Shown: positions 1 through 8,907, numbered from the stretch's first letter. The stretch is 64,000 nucleotides of DNA from SAR202 cluster bacterium (GCA_022447855.1 JAKUTX010000003.1:39707-103706), one strand, 5' to 3'. The notes: generated from the letters alone by a model not told the origin. Translations and numbers: made by a program.

Positions 1-65
1 ACAGTCACCCTATCAGCGCCTTCACTGAGGTTCTGCATTAGTGATGGTATAAAAACAGTCGCCAT
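1..65 (-). CDS. MoaD/ThiS-family ubiquitin-like sulfur-carrier protein, N-terminal fragment (gene runs off the left edge)
   Basis: The reverse complement of 1-65 reads ATG GCG ACT GTT TTT ATA CCA..., giving MATVFIPSLMQNLSEGADRVTV. This resembles the V-x-IP-x-L...G...V-x-V opening of MoaD/CysO/ThiS beta-grasp proteins. The ATG lies 15 nt after the stop of the Mo-hydroxylase large subunit. Only about 21 codons are visible and the gene is not in the supplied ORF track. Confidence 0.4.
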   Translation of the reverse strand, partial: MATVFIPSLMQNLSEGADRVT

Positions 66-80
66 GATAAAGTTAATTCA

Positions 81-2381
81 CTAATCCTGAGCCCATTTTG
101 CTTCCATTATGGCAGTAGGATTCATTGGCAACCTTTCCATTCGAATTCCTGTAGCATCATGAACCGCGTTAGCAATCGCAGGTGTAGGAGGAACAATATT
201 CGCCTCGCCAACACCGCGCACTCCATATGGATGCTGTTCCGATGGGACTTCAACAATTACTGTATCAATCATAGGAAGATCTAAACTAGTTGGCATTCGA
301 TAATCTAACAAAGTTGAATTATTCATCTTGCCATCATCACTCATATAATACTCTTCGTTCAAGGCCCAACCGATTCCTTGGACACTACCACCTTGCATCT
401 GACCCTCAACATAACTTGGATGAATAGCCTTGCCTGCATCTTGAACTGAAGTAAATCTCGTGACTTCTGTCTTTCCTGTATCAGGATCAATTTTAAGATC
501 GACTATCACACCTGCAAAAGAACCTCCGCCTGCTCCAGCTTTACCAGCATGCAAACTTCCTCTTCCTATAATCGGGCCACCAGTATCATTAAGTTCATCC
601 GCTATTTCAGCAAAAGTCATAGTCTCTTCAGAATTCAAATTGGTTAAAACACCAGAATCATAACTGACTTTGTCAGTAGTGATTCCCCAAATTTTCGCGG
701 CCCTTTCAATCAATTGTTCCTTCACGTCCTGAGCTGCTTCATAAGCTGCCCAACCAGTCGCATAAGTAGTCCTACTTCCTCCAGTGATAAAAGTATACCC
801 AATCGAGTCAGTATCTACGACCGACGGATTAACTGATTCAGCAGGAATTCCCAAAACTTCCGCTGCTTGCATTGATATCGAAGTACGGGAACCTCCAATA
901 TCTGTAGAACCCTCAGTCAATGCAATTGTGCCATCATCATTTACAGAAATATTTACAGCAGATTCAAAACCTATGTTGAACCAATATCCTATTGCAACCC
1001 CTCGGCCTGAATTTTCTCCGTCCAATGGCGCGGTATAGTGAGGATGATTTTTCATTGCCTCTAAAACTTCCTTACAGCCAATTCTTGGGTGGACAGTACC
1101 ATCTGCACGACTAGTACCTTTTGTAGCAGCATTTTTTATTCTCAAATCTAAAGCATCTATTCCTAGCTTGTTCGCAATTTCATCTACTACTTGCTCTGCA
1201 CCAAATGCAGCATTTGGTGCTCCTGGAGCACGATATGCCGCAGATTTAGGTTTGTTCACCACCACGTCATAACCATCAATCAATTGATTAGCAACATCAT
1301 ATGCTGTAAAAACACAATCAGCGCCAGCAGCTATTGCAGATCCTGGAAATGCACCCGCTTCATAAGCCAAATATGCTTGACCAGCTGTAAACGTCCCGTC
1401 TTTCTTAGCTCCCATTTTGATTTTCACGTATGAACCAGGAGTGGGACCAGAACCCTCAAATACATCAGCTCTGCTCATAGCAATTTTCACAGGTCTAGCA
1501 CTTTTTTGAGATAATAAACCAGCAACAGGCTCTAGATATACATTAATTTTACCTCCAAAGCCTCCCCCAATTTCAGTAGGAGTAACTCGAACTTTCGAAG
1601 TAGGAATTCCTAAAATTTCTGCAGTACTGTCCCTTGCCGCAAACGATCCTTGAGTACAAGTCCAGATATGTAATCTACCGTCACTGCTCCAAAATGCGGA
1701 GGCAGCATGCGGCTCAATATATCCTTGATGAACAGTGGCAGTATTAAACTCTCTCTCGACTATAATATCTGCATCTGCAAATCCTTTTTCAACATCACCT
1801 TTAACGTGTTGAATATGTTCAGCAACATTTGTGGGCCCTGGAAGCGTAGCACCAAGTTCCTCAGTTTCTAAATCTTCAAGTAAAATTGGCGCATCTTTCT
1901 CCATACCTTGAGGTGCAGTCATTACTGGGGCCAAAACTTCATATTTTACATCTATTAAGCTAACCGCTTCTTCAGCAACATGAGAACTACTTGCCGCGAC
2001 ACCCGCAATAGCATGACCCTTATATAGCGCCTTACTACCAGCCATAACATTATCCCTAAGTCTTCCCACGTCAGTAAATCCACCCTCTCCATCAGACACC
2101 ATTGTACCGCCTTCTATTTCAGGAAAATCAGCCGATGTAACAACTGCATGCACGCCCGGCAAAGCTTCTGCGGCAGAAGTGTCTATAGAGACAATACGCG
2201 CATGAGCGTGAGGACTCCTCAGAATTTTCCCAAACAGTAGACCTGCAGTATCAAAATCCGCCCCATACACAGCTCTACCAGTCACCTTGTCAGCACCATC
2301 ATGTCTTACTGGACGAGTACCAACAACATCATAATCCTTACTGGACAAAACAACATTTCTTTCATAGTTAACGGTGGCCAT
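81..2381 (-). CDS. Xanthine dehydrogenase/aldehyde oxidase-family molybdopterin hydroxylase, large (Mo-binding) subunit
   Basis: The long ORF carries family motifs RHDGADKVTGRAVYGADF and EIGGGFGGK. The active-site loop reads AAYRAPGAP, not the AYXCSFR of form-I CO dehydrogenase. I moved the start to ATG 2381 (MATVNYERN) because AGGAGG lies 6 nt upstream and that ATG abuts the stop of the 2Fe-2S subunit gene. Confidence 0.9.
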   Translation of the reverse strand: MATVNYERNVVLSSKDYDVVGTRPVRHDGADKVTGRAVYGADFDTAGLLFGKILRSPHAHARIVSIDTSAAEALPGVHAVVTSADFPEIEGGTMVSDGEGGFTDVGRLRDNVMAGSKALYKGHAIAGVAASSSHVAEEAVSLIDVKYEVLAPVMTAPQGMEKDAPILLEDLETEELGATLPGPTNVAEHIQHVKGDVEKGFADADIIVEREFNTATVHQGYIEPHAASAFWSSDGRLHIWTCTQGSFAARDSTAEILGIPTSKVRVTPTEIGGGFGGKINVYLEPVAGLLSQKSARPVKIAMSRADVFEGSGPTPGSYVKIKMGAKKDGTFTAGQAYLAYEAGAFPGSAIAAGADCVFTAYDVANQLIDGYDVVVNKPKSAAYRAPGAPNAAFGAEQVVDEIANKLGIDALDLRIKNAATKGTSRADGTVHPRIGCKEVLEAMKNHPHYTAPLDGENSGRGVAIGYWFNIGFESAVNISVNDDGTIALTEGSTDIGGSRTSISMQAAEVLGIPAESVNPSVVDTDSIGYTFITGGSRTTYATGWAAYEAAQDVKEQLIERAAKIWGITTDKVSYDSGVLTNLNSEETMTFAEIADELNDTGGPIIGRGSLHAGKAGAGGGSFAGVIVDLKIDPDTGKTEVTRFTSVQDAGKAIHPSYVEGQMQGGSVQGIGWALNEEYYMSDDGKMNNSTLLDYRMPTSLDLPMIDTVIVEVPSEQHPYGVRGVGEANIVPPTPAIANAVHDATGIRMERLPMNPTAIMEAKWAQD

Positions 2382-2382
2382 T

Positions 2383-2862
2383 TTACGCCTCCTGTAATCG
2401 CTTTGCTGCATCCATTACTGCTCTGACAATCTTGTCATAGCCAGTACATCTGCACAGATTATTTGCTAGCCAAAATCTAATCTCTTCCTCAGTAGGATCT
2501 GGATTCTTTTCTAACAAAGCTTTAGATGCAATGATGAAACCTGGTGTACAGATACCACATTGTAATGCCGCATTTTCTAAAAATGCCTGCTGTACTGGAT
2601 GAAGTCCCTCTGGAGATGCTATTCCCTCAATAGTAGTAACATCCTTGCCTTCAACTTCAACGCCTAGGACAAGACAACTAGTAACAATTCGTCCATCCAA
2701 AACTACAGTACAAGCACCACAGTTTCCATCATTACAACCTTCTTTTGACCCAGTAAGTCCTATTACATCACGTAAACACTCAAGCAGGCTTTGCCTAGGT
2801 TCGCATAGAAAGTCGACTTCTTCTCCATTAATAGTAGTTTGAACATAAGTTTTTCGGGGCAT
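2383..2862 (-). CDS. (2Fe-2S)-binding small subunit of the Mo-hydroxylase (CoxS/XdhC-iron-sulfur type)
   Basis: 159 aa. It has two cluster motifs, CNDGNCGACTV and CGICTPG...CRCTGY. Its start overlaps the stop of the FAD subunit gene as TAATG. Confidence 0.9.
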   Translation of the reverse strand: MPRKTYVQTTINGEEVDFLCEPRQSLLECLRDVIGLTGSKEGCNDGNCGACTVVLDGRIVTSCLVLGVEVEGKDVTTIEGIASPEGLHPVQQAFLENAALQCGICTPGFIIASKALLEKNPDPTEEEIRFWLANNLCRCTGYDKIVRAVMDAAKRLQEA

Positions 2863-3731
2863 TAGTTATTCTCCTTTGCGCGCTCAATTGATTTGGCCAG
2901 TGAACGCCTAGTTAACACATCACAAAGATGTTTACGGTATTCAATGGTTCCACGCATATCAGTAATCGGTTTTGCTGCTTCTTTGGCCATTTGTCCAGCT
3001 TCAGCAATTGTTGATTCATTAGCCGGCTTACCTGCAATTGCATCGCCAATTGACTCTACGTAAATTGGAGTTGGAGCTACAGAAGCAAGAGTAACTCTTG
3101 CAGACTTAATGTTGTCTCCATCCAAAACCACAGATGTTCCTACACCTACTACAGCTATATCCATTTCATTACGAGGAATGAACCTCATATAGTGCGCGCC
3201 AGAACCTTTTCCAGGAGACGGAAAACTTATAGAAATTAAAATCTCATCACCTGACAAGACAGTCCTTCTCGGACCAATACAGAATTCTTCCAGAGGAACC
3301 TGTCGAACCCCATTTGGGCCAGTAATGTTTGCAACTCCACCATAAGCAATCATAGCTGGAATTGAATCTCCACTCGGAGCAGCATTACACAGATTACCGC
3401 CCAATGATGCCCTTCCTTGAATTTGAGTTCCTCCAATAATGGATGAAGAATCCACCAATCCTGGAAAATGTTCCTTCACACCAGAATCGTTGTATATCTT
3501 GTAACACGGAACAGCGGCTCCTACTGTTAAACCATTTCCATTTAATGACAACTCATTAAGTTCCGGAATGGCCTTAACATCCACTACTAAACCTGGCGCC
3601 AATGCACCGGCTCTCATCTGTACAATTAAATCTGTACCACCAGCGAGAAGTTTCGCTTCGCCATTCGCAGATGACAGTAACTTGACTGCATCATCAACAG
3701 ACGACGGGTTTTCAAAATCGATCCACTTCAA
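2862..3731 (-). CDS. FAD-binding medium subunit of the Mo-hydroxylase (CoxM type)
   Basis: It has the LLAGGTDLIVQMR FAD motif and CoxM-like length. The ORF-track start (3764) is a TTG with no SD. An internal TTG at 3731 is preceded by AAGGAGG at 5-nt spacing and gives MKWIDFENPSSVDDAVKLL, a typical CoxM N-terminus. Confidence 0.85.
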   Translation of the reverse strand: MKWIDFENPSSVDDAVKLLSSANGEAKLLAGGTDLIVQMRAGALAPGLVVDVKAIPELNELSLNGNGLTVGAAVPCYKIYNDSGVKEHFPGLVDSSSIIGGTQIQGRASLGGNLCNAAPSGDSIPAMIAYGGVANITGPNGVRQVPLEEFCIGPRRTVLSGDEILISISFPSPGKGSGAHYMRFIPRNEMDIAVVGVGTSVVLDGDNIKSARVTLASVAPTPIYVESIGDAIAGKPANESTIAEAGQMAKEAAKPITDMRGTIEYRKHLCDVLTRRSLAKSIERAKENN

Positions 3732-3918
3732 TTTACCCTCCTTTATATTGAGACAAAAACGCACTCACACAAAAACACCCAGCGCATAAAGTGCGTGGAG
3801 GAATGATACCAAAATTGCGCCCCATGAACAACATTAATTTTAATAATGTGTTAAGTTTTCAAAAGCGGTCAAAATCCTTCGTTGTTTTGGCAGCATTTTC
3901 AAAGGTAATACAATTCTC

Positions 3919-5061
3919 ATGAACCGAATGAACAACACAAATCAATTTTATAATTCCATAGGTGTCAAAAAAGTAATAAATGGGGCTAGTTGGTTAACAA
4001 AACTAGGTGGAAGTATAATGCCAAGTCCTGTCATCAAAACCATGGAAGAAGCTTCTAAATGGTTTGTAGATATGGACGATCTTAATCAAAAAGCAGGGGA
4101 ATTCATTGCAAAGATTACCGGAGCAGAAGCAGGACTAGTTACAGCAGGAGCTGCTTCTGGAATGGTTCTTCAGGCAGCAGCTTGTATAGCAGGCAGTGAC
4201 CCATACAAGATTAATCAATTACCAAATACTAACGGAATGAAAAACGAAATTATCATTGATAAGGGACACCTCGTAGCCTATCACCATAGCTTTAGAGCCG
4301 CAGGAGCAAAAATGGTTGAAATTGGCGGAGTAGGCAATACAGAAGAATGGGAACTCGAACATAGTATCAATTGCCAAACTGCAGCTGTAGCTTATATTTT
4401 CAGCCCAGTACATCACGGGGCAATTCCACTAGAAAAAGTAATAAAAATTGCTCATTCTAAAGAAATCCCAGTAATTGTAGATGCTTCGGCTATGCTTCCT
4501 CCCCAAGAAAATCTGCAAAAATTTATCAATATGGGTGCAGACATGGTAACTTTCAGCGGAGGAAAAGGTATTCGAGGACCCCAATCAACTGGAATACTTT
4601 GCGGGAAAAAACATTTAATTGAAGCTGCTTATTTGAACGGGCCACCTCATGCTAATGCAGTTTGTAGGTCTGCAAAAGTATGTAAAGAAGAAATTGCAGG
4701 ATTAATTACAGCCCTTCAATTGTTTATAGACACTGATTTTGACCAAATAATTAGTGAATGGACAGAAAAATGTACTTTCATAGTCGAATCTGTTTGCAAA
4801 CTCCCTGGAGTTCAAGCAAAAGTTGAAAAGACGAATCCACAAATCCTTAGTGCAGAAACCACTCACCCCCGAGCAATAATTGATTTTGACGAAACATGGA
4901 ATGGATTAAAAGGTGAGGAATTAATTAATATTCTATCTACTGGAGATCCTTCAATCCAAGTTAGACCAAGCGAAAAAAATGGAATTACAATCCATCCAGT
5001 AAACCTCCAAACGGGGGAAGAAAAAATTATTGTTGAAAAACTCATAGAATTATTAAAATAA
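3919..5061 (+). CDS. SelA-like / DgaE-like PLP-dependent enzyme (L-seryl-tRNA selenium transferase-related family)
   Basis: 380 aa. It has the FSGGKGIRGPQSTG lysine motif characteristic of the SelA/DgaE fold-type-I family, and the size fits the stand-alone SelA-like proteins. Confidence 0.65.
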   Translation: MNRMNNTNQFYNSIGVKKVINGASWLTKLGGSIMPSPVIKTMEEASKWFVDMDDLNQKAGEFIAKITGAEAGLVTAGAASGMVLQAAACIAGSDPYKINQLPNTNGMKNEIIIDKGHLVAYHHSFRAAGAKMVEIGGVGNTEEWELEHSINCQTAAVAYIFSPVHHGAIPLEKVIKIAHSKEIPVIVDASAMLPPQENLQKFINMGADMVTFSGGKGIRGPQSTGILCGKKHLIEAAYLNGPPHANAVCRSAKVCKEEIAGLITALQLFIDTDFDQIISEWTEKCTFIVESVCKLPGVQAKVEKTNPQILSAETTHPRAIIDFDETWNGLKGEELINILSTGDPSIQVRPSEKNGITIHPVNLQTGEEKIIVEKLIELLK

Positions 5062-5078
5062 GTTCGTAACCCAAATTT

Positions 5079-5465
5079 ATGGAGAAGAAAATGACAATGG
5101 ACAAATTTAAATCAGGACAATCTGCAAATGTGGATTTTGTAATTACCTCAGAAATGAGTACTAATAGAACTGGTAAACCCGGAGCTGAAGTACTTTCAAC
5201 TCCATCTTTGTTAGGACTAATGGAGGGTGCGTGTATAAAGCTGACAGAACCATTGCTTCCTGAAAACTACAGCACCGTAGGATATGCGGTTGACGGCTTA
5301 AGGCACTTGGCGCCAACTAAAGTTGGAGAAACTGTGACTATTAATATTGAAGTCACAGAAGTTGATTCTCAAAAAATGCGCTTGGGATTTAAGATCGAAG
5401 CTACAGAAAATGGTAAAACCATAGGAGTTGCTTCCCACAAACGTGCGCTAATATCAACACTTTGA
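5079..5465 (+). CDS. Hotdog-fold thioesterase (FlK / fluoroacetyl-CoA thioesterase-like family)
   Basis: 128 aa. The pattern VLSTPSLLGLMEGACIKL...STVGYAVDGLRHLAPTKVGETVTINIEVTEVD...GVASHKRALI matches the layout of the FlK-type hotdog family as I remember it. It lies 17 nt after the SelA-like gene. Confidence 0.55.
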   Translation: MEKKMTMDKFKSGQSANVDFVITSEMSTNRTGKPGAEVLSTPSLLGLMEGACIKLTEPLLPENYSTVGYAVDGLRHLAPTKVGETVTINIEVTEVDSQKMRLGFKIEATENGKTIGVASHKRALISTL

Positions 5466-5483
5466 AATAATTCAAACGGAGAT

Positions 5484-6524
5484 TTGACTGTGCCTGAATA
5501 TATTATGGACACTATTGTCGGAAATGGATCAAGGGGATACTCAGGAGATGGACAAAAAGCAACTGTTGCCACACTAAATGAACCATTCCATATAGATTTC
5601 GACTATACAGAAAAACATCTTTATATTGCAGACTGTTTTAATTATTCTATTCGAAAAGTTGACCTTGAAAGCAACATTATTTCGACTGTTTGCGGAAATG
5701 GATCTCAAGGTTATTCTGGAGATGGAGATCAAGCAATTAATGCCACGATAGAAGAACCCTATGCTATTCAGGTAGCAAAAAATGGAGACGTATATTTTGC
5801 CCAAAGATTCTCTCCAGCAATACGAAAAATTGATTCAAATTCAGGAATTATTTCCACGATAGCTGGAGATGGTATTAAAGGTAATCGAGGCGATGGTGGA
5901 TTAGCAATTAATGCGCGTTTTCTTGAGCCAAATGACTGTGTATTTGACAACAGTGGAGGGCTATTAATTGCTGATATTCAGGATCAGCGAATTCGAAGAA
6001 TCGATTTATCAACTGGAACAATCAATACAATTGCGGGAAACGGTAAACTAGAACATTCAGGAGATGGTGGCCCTGCAAAAAATTCATCAATACATGGAGC
6101 ACGGGCAATAGCGGTTGATAACGATGGCAGTGTTTTTATTTGTGAAAGAGAAGGGAATTCTATCAGGAAAATTGATACAAATGGAATAATTACTACAGTT
6201 GCAGGCACAGGTGATAGTGGATATTCTGGAGACGGGGAATTGGGAATAAATGCAACTTTCCGTGGGCCCAAAGCAATTAGATGTAATAAGAACGGGGATT
6301 TATTAATAGTTGATACTGAAAACCATGCAATAAGGATTCTATCGTCCAAAACAAATATTGTTGAAACAATTGCAGGAGGCTCAAAGGGCGAAGGTGGAGA
6401 TGGTCGAACTGCAACCTCTGCCGAGCTAGACAGACCTCATGGAGCAATTAGTGACTCCCGTGGAAATGTGATCATTGCAGATAGCAATAACCACCGGGTT
6501 CGAATAGCAAAACTGTTGAATTAA
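5484..6524 (+). CDS. NHL-repeat six-bladed beta-propeller protein (no visible signal peptide)
   Basis: There are six repeats of about 57 aa with the form G-x-G-x-x-G-Y-S-GDGG-x-A-x-x-A-x-L-x-x-P-x-x-I-x-x-D-x-x-G-x-x-x-I-A-D-x-x-N-x-R-I-R-K-I. The start is ambiguous: TTG 5484, GTG 5490 (GGAG 9 nt upstream) or ATG 5505. Confidence 0.85.
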   Translation: MTVPEYIMDTIVGNGSRGYSGDGQKATVATLNEPFHIDFDYTEKHLYIADCFNYSIRKVDLESNIISTVCGNGSQGYSGDGDQAINATIEEPYAIQVAKNGDVYFAQRFSPAIRKIDSNSGIISTIAGDGIKGNRGDGGLAINARFLEPNDCVFDNSGGLLIADIQDQRIRRIDLSTGTINTIAGNGKLEHSGDGGPAKNSSIHGARAIAVDNDGSVFICEREGNSIRKIDTNGIITTVAGTGDSGYSGDGELGINATFRGPKAIRCNKNGDLLIVDTENHAIRILSSKTNIVETIAGGSKGEGGDGRTATSAELDRPHGAISDSRGNVIIADSNNHRVRIAKLLN

Positions 6525-6529
6525 TCTAT

Positions 6530-6952
6530 TTAGATCAATTCAACAGTTATTTCTTCAACCTTGCCAGAAGAATCAACATTAAATGCCAAAATCTTTGGAT
6601 TGACCTTGTCATGTAAAACTACTAACACAAATGGAAAATCGATCCATCCATTTTCCAAAGCTAAACGACGATCGGTTTCAGAAAAACGATCAGCGCCTCG
6701 AGTATGTGAATGATAGCAAGCAATTACATCTAAAGACCTTCTTTCCGATTCTTGCCATGCATTAACATATTCTTGAGGATCCATTTGATATCGAGTAGGA
6801 CTATTTACAATGTTAGTAATCTCTCGAATCTCTGTAATTTCGGGGTAATCATTCCCTGCCTGTCCAAGCAATAATCCACAACACTCATTCGGGGATTCTT
6901 CTAGAGCATGAGAGATTAGGCGGTCACCTACTTGTTTAGAAATTTTTAACAT
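6530..6952 (-). CDS. JAMM/MPN+ (Mov34/Mec+) family metalloprotease
   Basis: 140 aa. It has the E-x-C-G motif (NECCGLLLG) and a complete JAMM motif H-S-H-x7-S-x2-D (HSHTRGADRFSETD). Confidence 0.8.
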   Translation of the reverse strand: MLKISKQVGDRLISHALEESPNECCGLLLGQAGNDYPEITEIREITNIVNSPTRYQMDPQEYVNAWQESERRSLDVIACYHSHTRGADRFSETDRRLALENGWIDFPFVLVVLHDKVNPKILAFNVDSSGKVEEITVELI

Positions 6953-7084
6953 GTTAGCTCCTGTAAAAAGTTAAACTGATTCCTAAGCTTATCAAAACCC
7001 AATTAAGTTACAATGAGAATAAAGTTTGTAAATAAACAAACTTGCACTACAGAACTATATTAAACCCTGAAAGGCATTTATTTA

Positions 7085-7615
7085 ATGAAATCAATTCCAT
7101 CATACAACTCAAAGGAATTATTCCCAGAACCAACCCCAAATGATGTAGAAAAGTACTCGAAATTAATCGAGCATGACTCATCAAATACATTTGCATATTT
7201 CTTGAGGGCAAATGCCTTTGCGAGACAAAAAAAATATCCTGAATCTATTGCAGATTTAGAAAAGGTGTTAGAAATCGACCCTCAAAACCCCATGGCTATA
7301 AACAACCTTGGAACTGCTTATATGTGTCAAGGAGAAATATCACAAGCATTCGATTATTTTCAATCAGCCATACAAATAGATCCTAATTACTACGATGCTT
7401 TTCACAATAGAGCATTGGCGCTTATGGATTTAAATAAAATTGATCAAGCAATAGAAGACCTATCAAAAGCAATTAATTTAAAACCCGATTTCTGGAGTGC
7501 ATATAGACACAGAGGGATTGCTTACCATTTAATTGGAGATGAAAAAGCTAGTTATAAAGATTACATAACTGCTAAAAATATGGAAAAACCTGCTAGGTCA
7601 AAATTCGATGACTAA
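7085..7615 (+). CDS. Tetratricopeptide (TPR) repeat protein
   Basis: There are four to five 34-aa repeats with the A-x-x-N-L-G-x-A-Y...A-x-x-x-F-x-x-A-I-x-x-D-P-N pattern (for example AINNLGTAYMCQGEISQAFDYFQSAIQIDPNY). Confidence 0.8.
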   Translation: MKSIPSYNSKELFPEPTPNDVEKYSKLIEHDSSNTFAYFLRANAFARQKKYPESIADLEKVLEIDPQNPMAINNLGTAYMCQGEISQAFDYFQSAIQIDPNYYDAFHNRALALMDLNKIDQAIEDLSKAINLKPDFWSAYRHRGIAYHLIGDEKASYKDYITAKNMEKPARSKFDD

Positions 7616-7618
7616 AAA

Positions 7619-8257
7619 CTACAAGTTTTGATTAGAATCAATCCTCATATTCAAATATCTTTGTAATTTCTCTTCTAAGCTTGGGTTTTTCAAGAAAACT
7701 CCCCTTCGAGCTGTTGTAAGTGTGCTACTTCCGGTTTGTCTAACCCCTCTTTGAATCATACAATAATGAACAGCATGAACTATCACAAAAACTCCCATCG
7801 GGTTTAAATGCTTATCAATAGCTTGAGCAATTTGTTGAGTCATTCTTTCTTGCATCTGCAATCGTCTTGCAAAAACCTCAACCACTCTACTTAACTTACT
7901 TAGTCCTGTAACAACTCCACCATTGTAGTTAGGAATATATGCGACGTGTACAATTCCTCTGATTGGAGCAATATGATGCTCACACATTGAGACAAATTCA
8001 ATATTATCGAGAATAATCATGTCATCTGACTCTGCAGGAAAATCATCTTCATCCAATTGAAAAATCACTTTAAGATGCTCTTCAGGATCTTGCTGCAATC
8101 CAGCAGTATACTCCATAAGAGCCTCAGCCCATCTTCTTGGAGTTCCTGCCAATCCCTCTCTGCTAGGATCTTCTCCCAATAACTCCAATATCTGCTTCAG
8201 ATATTTTGTAAGTTTTAATTTTAAATTAGGATCTCTGGGATCTTTATCTGCAAACAC
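7619..8257 (-). CDS. folE: GTP cyclohydrolase I (type 1)
   Basis: It has the SMCEHHIAPI zinc/active-site motif and the conserved HYCMIQRGV and RLQMQERMT blocks. Confidence 0.9.
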   Translation of the reverse strand: MFADKDPRDPNLKLKLTKYLKQILELLGEDPSREGLAGTPRRWAEALMEYTAGLQQDPEEHLKVIFQLDEDDFPAESDDMIILDNIEFVSMCEHHIAPIRGIVHVAYIPNYNGGVVTGLSKLSRVVEVFARRLQMQERMTQQIAQAIDKHLNPMGVFVIVHAVHYCMIQRGVRQTGSSTLTTARRGVFLKNPSLEEKLQRYLNMRIDSNQNL

Positions 8258-8259
8258 TT

Positions 8260-8907
8260 TTAGTTCCTATACATTGTTAAATCTTCAACATTAGCCTTAT
8301 TAAATGCATCCTGTCTTTCCTTGCATTTATTACATTGACCACAATGGCTAAGATCTTGTGGCTCCATACATGTTAACGTTAAATCAAGTGGCAAGCTACA
8401 AAACTTTTTTATCAGTTCATGCTTTTTAGTACCTCTATAGGGTGCAGAAACCTCGACTGAGAACGCTAATCCTTTACTAAGAATTTTCCCAAACTCATCA
8501 AAGAATTCATCAGTAGCATCGGGAAAAGGATTATCATCTAATGAACCTATAGATACCTCGCTTACATCATGAGTACTACACCAAACAGCAGCAAGCCCAA
8601 TGAGAATGATATTACGTCCTGGCAAAAATACTTCACTGTCAGGTTCATCTCTGCCTGGAGCTTTTTGATCTGTCAAACTCCAATGATTAAGATAAAAAGG
8701 AGTGATTGGCATTTTTATAATTGTAAGGGTTTGAATATTAGGATTATCAATTTTTTTAATGAATCTTTTTAGAGTCTTCAATTCTGAATTTTCCCACTTT
8801 AATCCTTCTTGCAAATAAATAGGATAAACAATTGAATCTTGTGCACGATCCGCCATCAAAACACAGCTGTCTAAGCCACCACTAACTAAAACTGCTACTT
8901 TTCCCAT
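8260..8907 (-). CDS. queC: 7-cyano-7-deazaguanine synthase (QueC family PP-loop ATPase)
   Basis: It has the N-terminal PP-loop VLVSGGLDS and a C-terminal Zn cysteine cluster C...HCGQCNKCKER. The length is 215 aa. Confidence 0.8.
   Translation of the reverse strand: MGKVAVLVSGGLDSCVLMADRAQDSIVYPIYLQEGLKWENSELKTLKRFIKKIDNPNIQTLTIIKMPITPFYLNHWSLTDQKAPGRDEPDSEVFLPGRNIILIGLAAVWCSTHDVSEVSIGSLDDNPFPDATDEFFDEFGKILSKGLAFSVEVSAPYRGTKKHELIKKFCSLPLDLTLTCMEPQDLSHCGQCNKCKERQDAFNKANVEDLTMYRN

Noticed and set aside
81-3764. An aerobic CO dehydrogenase (coxMSL) operon.
   Set aside because: I did not see the AYXCSFR active-site signature in the large subunit, which has AAYRAPGAP instead, and the coxDEFG accessory genes are absent. 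I retained it as a generic XDH-family Mo-hydroxylase.
7022-7043. A hairpin or palindrome, AAGTTTGT-AAATAA-ACAAACTT, in the divergent JAMM/TPR intergenic region.
   Set aside because: The stem is all A/T-rich and only 8 bp, so roughly one such match is expected by chance in this much AT-rich spacer. Both flanking genes point away from it, so it is not a terminator. The evidence is too weak to call.
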